From a virus: a DNA stretch of 64,000 bases. Each line of letters begins with the position of its first letter. Positions within the stretch are counted from its first letter, which is position 1. The stretch is taken from IMG/VR virus record IMGVR_UViG_3300021519_000006, positions 1 through 64,000 of that record, one strand, 5' to 3'. Both the position numbers and the translations under genes were made by a program. The notes under the pieces were generated by a model, which saw only the letters and a program-made list of their open reading frames with translations, was not told the DNA's origin and did no database searches. Shown here piece after piece: positions 58,221-64,000 of this stretch.

Positions 58221-60152
58221 ATGTATAACGAAGAGTTAGACGATGGTTATCGTTACAGGGAAGCCAGAGATGAAGAAGCACAAGAACGTGCTGTCCGACT
58301 CAATGCACTGTGCCGTGTTTACGAACAAGGTGACCGTGTATTAACTGGCGACCCAGTCATCGTAAATGTGATGCCGGATGGCCCCGCACCAGCGTGGTCA
58401 GACGGTGCCGCTATCTACATCAATCTTGATCAGATTGAGGACATGGACCTTGAGACATTAACTCAAGTTACTGGCCTCAACTATCATGAGTTAAGCCATC
58501 ACTTGTACTCGCCCCGTAAGGGAACGACGTTCATGCAATGGGTTATAGAAAATGGTCAGATTCAAGCTACAAATATTCTCGAAGATCAACGTATCGAAAC
58601 ATTATTTGTAGCACGCTATCCAGCTGTTGCTTCATACCTTACAGCCATGGTTTCTAGGTGGTTAGGTAAAGATGAAGATGGCATGCATGGTAACTACATC
58701 TGTATACGCGGACGTCGTTACCTACCTGTTGAGATTCGTCAAGCGTTCCGTGATGAGTTCGCTTTCCCAGATGTAATCCCAGCAGCTATTGACATCATCG
58801 ATCAGTATCGTCTCTTAGCATTTCCTCGTGACTATGACAAGGGCAAGGAACTGATTGAGCGATTCACCAATGAGGTACTGATTCCTATGGGCATCAAAGA
58901 TGACCACACACATCAGGGTGGTCCCAATGGTTGCGGTCAACGCATGCCCGTAAGTAAGGGTCGACCTGAGCCCGGCAAAGCTCAAGAGAAAGACTCTGAT
59001 CGTGCCAAGGGTATGGGTACAGCAGAAGCTCCGTGGTATCCAAAACCTAAGCAAGCTCCAACACAAACACCCACCAACGACGCCGATAAACCAATTGGCA
59101 GCAATGATGATGGTGATGGTGATGGTGATGGTGATGATCCATATAGCAAACCGTTACAACCTATTACTACAGAACAAGCACTAGATATACGCGACAAGGG
59201 TGTAGACCATACGCCAGCGTCTACCGCAGGTTCTGGTCACGTTGATAGTCTCGGCGGTATTCCTAAGAATATCAATGACATGCTCAACGATGCTATTGAT
59301 AATGTCCTTGCACGCAAGGATGTTCAAGCAGACATCAAAGCCAAGCAGAAAGTTATTGTTGGTGGAGATGGTAAGCATGATGACATTACTAAGAAGGGTA
59401 AGTTCGACAAGACTTCCGTTCCCAACGAATCCATCATTGCATACCGCAAATTCGCTCAAGAGTTACAACGTTTACGCGATGACATGGAACCTACGTGGGA
59501 TAAAGAAACACCCACCGGTAGGCTTAATGTTCAACGTGTTATCCGAGGCTGTGAGATTGATGCAGCCTTCGATCGTTGGGATGAGGGCGACGATGGATGT
59601 GATATTGAGGCCGTCATCCTAGTGGATCGATCAGGATCAATGTCCAGTCAACAGAACGATAAGAAGGCTTCCATCGCCTGCTGGACTATCAAGCGTGCTC
59701 TTGAGTCAATTCAAGCGCCCGTTACTGTCTATGCCTTTGATGACGCAGCTGAGGTTGCTTACTCCCGCAAAGAGTTAGCAGACAAGACTCAGTACAAGTT
59801 CATCTACGGCAACGGCGGTACTGAACCATACCCAACACTGTTAGTTGCAGAGCAGTTACTTATGTCTTCTCGCAAGAAGAACAAAATGCTGTTCATGGTA
59901 ACTGATGGTGTGTTCGACTCCCAGAAAAATGATGTAATTATTGAGCGTATCGGTAAGCGTGGCATTCTCACAGCCATGACGCTGATTATGACTGACAGTG
60001 ATTACAAATACTATGTGGATGATCGAGGTCAAGATCCAAAGCAATTCCATCATAATGCTGAGGTTTTTGCTCGTATCAACAATGCCAGTGACTTACTGCC
60101 GTTTGCTAAGCAAGTAGTTACATCCGCAATCAAAAAGCGTGGAAGACGCTAA
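58221..60152 (+). CDS. vWA (CobT-like) partner with N-terminal HExxH motif
   Basis: HELSH, NILEDQRIE, MIDAS DRSGSMS, GGT, TDG. Confidence 0.9.
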   Translation: MYNEELDDGYRYREARDEEAQERAVRLNALCRVYEQGDRVLTGDPVIVNVMPDGPAPAWSDGAAIYINLDQIEDMDLETLTQVTGLNYHELSHHLYSPRKGTTFMQWVIENGQIQATNILEDQRIETLFVARYPAVASYLTAMVSRWLGKDEDGMHGNYICIRGRRYLPVEIRQAFRDEFAFPDVIPAAIDIIDQYRLLAFPRDYDKGKELIERFTNEVLIPMGIKDDHTHQGGPNGCGQRMPVSKGRPEPGKAQEKDSDRAKGMGTAEAPWYPKPKQAPTQTPTNDADKPIGSNDDGDGDGDGDDPYSKPLQPITTEQALDIRDKGVDHTPASTAGSGHVDSLGGIPKNINDMLNDAIDNVLARKDVQADIKAKQKVIVGGDGKHDDITKKGKFDKTSVPNESIIAYRKFAQELQRLRDDMEPTWDKETPTGRLNVQRVIRGCEIDAAFDRWDEGDDGCDIEAVILVDRSGSMSSQQNDKKASIACWTIKRALESIQAPVTVYAFDDAAEVAYSRKELADKTQYKFIYGNGGTEPYPTLLVAEQLLMSSRKKNKMLFMVTDGVFDSQKNDVIIERIGKRGILTAMTLIMTDSDYKYYVDDRGQDPKQFHHNAEVFARINNASDLLPFAKQVVTSAIKKRGRR

Positions 60153-60183
60153 CCAACACAAACAAAGACAAAGGAGCAACAAA

Positions 60184-60375
60184 ATGTACGTTATATTCGA
60201 TAGCTTAACAGAAACACTTATAGGCCCGTTCAATGATGAGGAAAGCGCAAGCATGTTCTTGCTATATGCCTCCGACGAATTGGCAGATGGTGGTGTAAAC
60301 CTATCCGTTGAGTGCGTATCTGAGCCAGCTGAATGGGCCCAAGATAACGCCCCCGCACTAATGGCGTCGTTGTAA
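60184..60375 (+). CDS. Hypothetical protein
   Basis: AAGGAG RBS before MYVIFD. Confidence 0.7.
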   Translation: MYVIFDSLTETLIGPFNDEESASMFLLYASDELADGGVNLSVECVSEPAEWAQDNAPALMASL

Positions 60376-60527
60376 TGAGTAAGCAAGAGCTAAAGTACAG
60401 CGAAGAACTCTTGCGCATAGATATGGAACGTCTTGCTCAAGACAGAGTAAAAGCAAAAGCCTTATTAATCTCAAAAGGTGCCGACGATGTCTTAGAGATG
60501 TTAGGGCTGCAAGACGATGAGTTGTAG
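60375..60527 (+). CDS. Small hypothetical protein (50 aa)
   Basis: Not in track; TAATG-coupled; MSKQELKYSEELLRID... Confidence 0.6.
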   Translation: MSKQELKYSEELLRIDMERLAQDRVKAKALLISKGADDVLEMLGLQDDEL

Positions 60528-60708
60528 TCATTGCGGCTCCCCCATCTACGGCAAGTTTATAGAACTTCGCGTAGACAATGGTCTTAGGATTATTGAGTTT
60601 CACGATAACCCTAAGGAATGTTACATCAAAGAAGTTAGATACAAACGTAGCTTTGACAAAGCTATACGACAAGAAATTGTGCTCAACGGTGGGTACATGG
60701 AAGACTAG
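60517..60708 (+). CDS. Small Zn-finger-like protein
   Basis: CSHCG...FH...C. Confidence 0.6.
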   Translation: MSCSHCGSPIYGKFIELRVDNGLRIIEFHDNPKECYIKEVRYKRSFDKAIRQEIVLNGGYMED

Positions 60709-60721
60709 AGGAGGAAACAAA

Positions 60722-61198
60722 ATGACAACAATAACTAGGAGAGAAGCGTGCGAATTAGTACGTGAATCTATTGGTAAAGAACAATTGCTTGAGGAAGACG
60801 TCAAGCGTATTATCTATGCTGTTAATAATGACCTACAAGTAAGAGATTTCTTAATGGGCATACCTATGCATTATTCAATGGTGGAATGCGCCACACTATT
60901 AAAGAACATAGTTGCTGTAGCGGATCCGCAAGAAGCGGTACCCTTTGCAGCAGTCCTTGCTGCGTACGCATATGAAATGGATGATCATCAAACTGTTAAA
61001 GACTCTATTTCATTCTCTATAAGTGTTAATCCTACATATTCATTAACTCTCTTGTTAATGAGAGTAATAGCATCTGGTTGGCCTAAAGAAGCCTTTAAAA
61101 AGATGCGTGAAGAACTTCACCTTAAGGTTATGGCATCCTGCTATAGCCCAGAAGGTGATGAAGCTATCCCACTACAAAGTAAGGAGGAAAACAAATGA
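60722..61198 (+). CDS. DUF4192-like protein
   Basis: GAGGAGG RBS before MTTIT; VRDFLM...LAAYAY...NPTYSLTLLL. Confidence 0.7.
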   Translation: MTTITRREACELVRESIGKEQLLEEDVKRIIYAVNNDLQVRDFLMGIPMHYSMVECATLLKNIVAVADPQEAVPFAAVLAAYAYEMDDHQTVKDSISFSISVNPTYSLTLLLMRVIASGWPKEAFKKMREELHLKVMASCYSPEGDEAIPLQSKEENK

Positions 61199-61356
61199 AA
61201 GGCGGTATATCACTAGCAGACATGCAAGAACTCAACGATCTTATGAATCAATTCAATACATTTGAAGAGACTAAAGAAGCAGTTGAGTCTCGCTTCCCCG
61301 GCATCACAGCTATACGTACGGAAACCGGAATCTCTATAACATCAGAGGAGGAATAA
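61195..61356 (+). CDS. Small hypothetical protein (53 aa)
   Basis: Not in track; AAGGAGG RBS; coupled at both ends. Confidence 0.65.
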   Translation: MKGGISLADMQELNDLMNQFNTFEETKEAVESRFPGITAIRTETGISITSEEE

Positions 61357-61580
61357 TGTCAACAATGTGCGAAGAATGCAGGTGCACAGTGTTTGGTGAC
61401 GAAGCATGTGGCAATGGGTGTGGGTGTTGCGGAGGAGGTCCAAATACTGTAATCTGGAAATCCGTCGTAACAAAAGAAATGGTCGAGGGTTGGAGTGACG
61501 ATGAGATTGAAATGCTCGTTACAGACCTAGACGATGCCGTCATGGCAACGTTACAAGACTATGAAGGACACGACCACTAA
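61356..61580 (+). CDS. Cys-rich/acidic small protein
   Basis: CEECRC...CGNGCGCC; GGAGG RBS. Confidence 0.7.
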   Translation: MSTMCEECRCTVFGDEACGNGCGCCGGGPNTVIWKSVVTKEMVEGWSDDEIEMLVTDLDDAVMATLQDYEGHDH

Positions 61581-61609
61581 CCCACCAACACAAACAAGAT
61601 CGGAGCACT

Positions 61610-61801
61610 ATGGCAGACGATCTAATCTATAAGGTTCGCATTGTGTACGAAGTGAGCCTAGCCAAATGGCGTATAGACGAAGATGATAACGACTGGTGTC
61701 TATGGGTCTTTGACAGGAATTTAGGAGAGTGGATCCCCACCAATAAACTAAATAGACCTGGCGAAGATGTAGAAATTGTAGACATCAAGTTTATAAAGTA
61801 A
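61610..61801 (+). CDS. Hypothetical protein
   Basis: GGAG RBS. Confidence 0.7.
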   Translation: MADDLIYKVRIVYEVSLAKWRIDEDDNDWCLWVFDRNLGEWIPTNKLNRPGEDVEIVDIKFIK

Positions 61802-61914
61802 GGGAGGTGAAGCCTCCGGACGCACTCCGGAGGTCTCATCAATGGCGTTAACTCTTAGTTCTAAAAGAGATTACGGCATAAGTATATCCCCTCAAATCAA
61901 AGAAAGGAACAACT

Positions 61915-62172
61915 ATGGCCATATGGGCAGTAGTTAATATAAAACTACGGGATAAACACATACGCAAACTCGTATCAGCACTAGAAGGTGCGGGTCTTGA
62001 GGTATCTATTACACCGGGTAAGAAGCACGTAAGGGTAAGAAACCCTGATACAGGCAAAATAGTCTTCTTCGGTAGCCAATCGTTGGGAGACTTTAGAGCT
62101 GCAAAAAATATCAAACGAGACCTAAAGATGGTAGGGTTTGACCTATCCGAACATGGAATCAAACTAGGATAA
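61915..62172 (+). CDS. HicA-like (dsRBD-fold) protein without a visible antitoxin
   Basis: LVSALEGAGLEV...GKKHVRVRNPD...D.RAAKNIKRDLK..GF. Confidence 0.6.
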   Translation: MAIWAVVNIKLRDKHIRKLVSALEGAGLEVSITPGKKHVRVRNPDTGKIVFFGSQSLGDFRAAKNIKRDLKMVGFDLSEHGIKLG

Positions 62173-62181
62173 GGAAACAAT

Positions 62182-62421
62182 ATGGCAAAAACCAATTACT
62201 TCTTCGCAGTTAAGAAGAACCTAGATAAGGGTGGCGCATGGCTAGCAATTGTTAGCGATGAGATTAACGGCCCTATTCTAAAAGCAGCTGCATTTTCCAG
62301 TGCTGCACCAGCAAAACGTTGGGCAGCTGAACAAATTGATCGTAGTCGTTTACCGTGGGAAGTATCAGAAGACGGTAAATCTATGACAGCAGTTGCGCAA
62401 TTCAAAGAGCCAAAGGAATGA
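62182..62421 (+). CDS. Hypothetical protein
   Basis: AAGGA RBS. Confidence 0.75.
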   Translation: MAKTNYFFAVKKNLDKGGAWLAIVSDEINGPILKAAAFSSAAPAKRWAAEQIDRSRLPWEVSEDGKSMTAVAQFKEPKE

Positions 62422-62528
62422 TTATGGACTTTGAGACAGTGTTGCCAATGAAAACAGTTAACGACATCATTAAAGAAGTTAAAGAAACAAAAGAATGCGA
62501 TTGCGGTAACTGTACGTGTAAATAAAAC

Positions 62529-62562
62529 ATTAAGCCCCTCACCTTGCGGTGGGGGGCTTAAT
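62529..62562. terminator. Terminator between convergent arms
   Basis: ATTAAGCCCCTCACC-TTGC-GGTGGGGGGCTTAAT. Confidence 0.88.
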
Positions 62563-62581
62563 TGTTTGTGTTGGGCGCGGG

Positions 62582-62716
62582 CTAAGCCTCGCTATCTTCA
62601 CTTTCATCTTCTAGGAACATCGACTCGATATCCTCTAGGTCTTCTTCATCCATATTCAACTCTTCAAGGTCATCCTCAAAGTCTTCAAATAGGTCAGGAC
62701 TCAATTCATCTGACAT
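62582..62716 (-). CDS. Extremely acidic peptide (44 aa)
   Basis: Not in track; GGGAG RBS; MSDELSPDLFEDFEDDLEELNMDEEDLEDIESMFLEDESEDSEA. Confidence 0.7.
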   Translation of the reverse strand: MSDELSPDLFEDFEDDLEELNMDEEDLEDIESMFLEDESEDSEA

Positions 62717-62757
62717 GCGTGTCTCCCAGTACTAGTAGGTGTAGAAATCGTACACTA

Positions 62758-63999
62758 TTATCTATTATCTGTAATCAATCTAACTTCACAAGCATCTGTG
62801 GTGCAATAAGCTTCGCCAACCGCATCAGCGGCCATACCGGCATACACGCCCTTAAAGTCAATAGGGAATAAGGTCATAGTTGCCTTTTCATACTCGGCTT
62901 CTGTAATTTGGGTATACGGCATCTGTGGATACACGGCATTGCCCGAAGGTAAGAATGAGACAGTCTTCAGTTGGCCGTCATACATATGTAGGACAGTCCC
63001 AACGTGTTGGGCTTCAGTCTCTGGATCAAAGCTTATAGTTACCGATACCGAGTTATCAGACCAGTAACGCTGTGCTGTAGCGGCGAGCGCCATCTTTTCA
63101 TAGATAGTTACATCTTTTTCAGAACGTACCGCATTAGACTTTACCGGAAAGAATACAACCGATGTAGTCTTTGGGGATTCTGATGCTGGTTCAACTCGAT
63201 ATTGAGCCATTTTGAACAATGGGAGCATTGGGTCACTATTAGCAAACCTAATTGCTCTCATAAAGTATTGCCCACCTACAGGCCAATGAACCCCGGGAGA
63301 TTCTCCCGCTAAAATTGACACGGTGCCTGAAGGCTTCACTGTCGTCATCTTAATAGATTCACGAATACCCAACCATTCAGAGTAACTCTTGTCATAGTTC
63401 TTAATGGTTTCATACCCGGCATCCATCCAGCTCCGGAGCATTGGTAAACCTTTATTGTCCGCAAAGTTAGCAACTCCGCTCATAGATGTTCCAATACGGC
63501 GGTTACGCTGCATGATCGCGTTAGTTTCTTCCCAGTGAGTTGGGAGCAATGTAACAGTCTTGGCATAGAGATATGCAAACTTGAGAGTTCGCTTGAAATC
63601 GTCTAATGAATCGTGACGGCCAAGGTATGTCTCAACCAAAGTGCAACACTCCATAGACTCTAATGATTGTTCTGCGCAAGGGTTGTATCCAGCGGCTCGC
63701 CAGTCTTTGTTATTAATTGGATCAGACAGGCGACCGTACTGACGAGTAACGTCCATCCAGATAACGCCAGGTTCACCGTTGCGGGCAATACCATCAATGA
63801 TGGGAGTTAAGTCTTGACCTACAGAGACCTCAACAGAGTTGTTTGACATCCAACCCCACCCGGGAGCTGCCGGATCGTAACTATTGCGTTCTGGGTAAAC
63901 ATCTTTATTCTTTAAGTTCAGAAAGTCTTGGTCGTCAATACGGCCGATTAGTAACTCAGCAGAACGACGAACGTTGCCAGAAACTACGCACACTCCAAT
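62758..63999 (-). CDS. nrdJ: Class II (adenosylcobalamin) ribonucleotide reductase, monomeric type, 5'-partial
   Basis: NPCAEQ, CCTLVE, TVKPSGTVS, C-terminal YCTTDAC; frame open to the window edge. Confidence 0.93.
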   Translation of the reverse strand: MGVCVVSGNVRRSAELLIGRIDDQDFLNLKNKDVYPERNSYDPAAPGWGWMSNNSVEVSVGQDLTPIIDGIARNGEPGVIWMDVTRQYGRLSDPINNKDWRAAGYNPCAEQSLESMECCTLVETYLGRHDSLDDFKRTLKFAYLYAKTVTLLPTHWEETNAIMQRNRRIGTSMSGVANFADNKGLPMLRSWMDAGYETIKNYDKSYSEWLGIRESIKMTTVKPSGTVSILAGESPGVHWPVGGQYFMRAIRFANSDPMLPLFKMAQYRVEPASESPKTTSVVFFPVKSNAVRSEKDVTIYEKMALAATAQRYWSDNSVSVTISFDPETEAQHVGTVLHMYDGQLKTVSFLPSGNAVYPQMPYTQITEAEYEKATMTLFPIDFKGVYAGMAADAVGEAYCTTDACEVRLITDNR

Positions 64000-64000
64000 T

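Larger units (their letters stand above)
49938..62574 (+). repeat. Dispersed motif CCAACACAAAC(AA)
   Basis: Exact 11-mer on + at 49938, 51384, 52307, 53299, 53878, 54786, 56061, 57216, 59058, 60153, 61585; variant CCGACACAAAC at 50799; inverted copy at 62564-62574. Confidence 0.95.

Noticed and set aside
49938-61597. Dispersed motif as a CRISPR array or as a promoter
   Set aside because: Too short, kb-scale irregular spacing, and many copies lie inside genes with no fixed distance to starts.
62582-62716. Pup mimic pairing with the proteasome-like gene
   Set aside because: Lacks the C-terminal GGQ/GGE required for pupylation.

Overview
A 64 kb segment of a large myovirus (contractile-tail phage). 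The host is inferred to be actinobacterial from a WhiB-family gene, DUF4192-like and PASTA proteins and a proteasome-beta-like peptidase; the modest GC content would fit low-GC freshwater Actinobacteria. Positions 1-48.3 kb are a minus-strand late block: terminase, portal, scaffold, major capsid, neck, collagen/beta-propeller/Cys-rich fibres, glycosyltransferase, sheath, tube, chaperone, tape measure and baseplate. One plus-strand secreted transglycosylase interrupts it. The coding strand flips in a repeat-rich non-coding gap at about 48.3-48.7 kb. Positions 48.7-62.5 kb are a plus-strand early-type region of small genes, WhiB, a MoxR-type AAA+/vWA pair and a HicA-like gene, converging on a minus-strand class II ribonucleotide reductase. 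The most unusual content is non-coding and lies in the early region. (1) Three structured RNA cassettes (72, 150 and 231 nt) are each clamped by a 19-27 bp stem with G-U pairs and one A-C mismatch; two share nearly the same scaffold. (2) Further structured RNAs include a truncated tRNA-like element. (3) An asymmetric 11-13 nt motif, CCAACACAAAC(AA), recurs about once per kb regardless of reading frame. All product calls come from motif recognition by eye; no database search or folding program was run.
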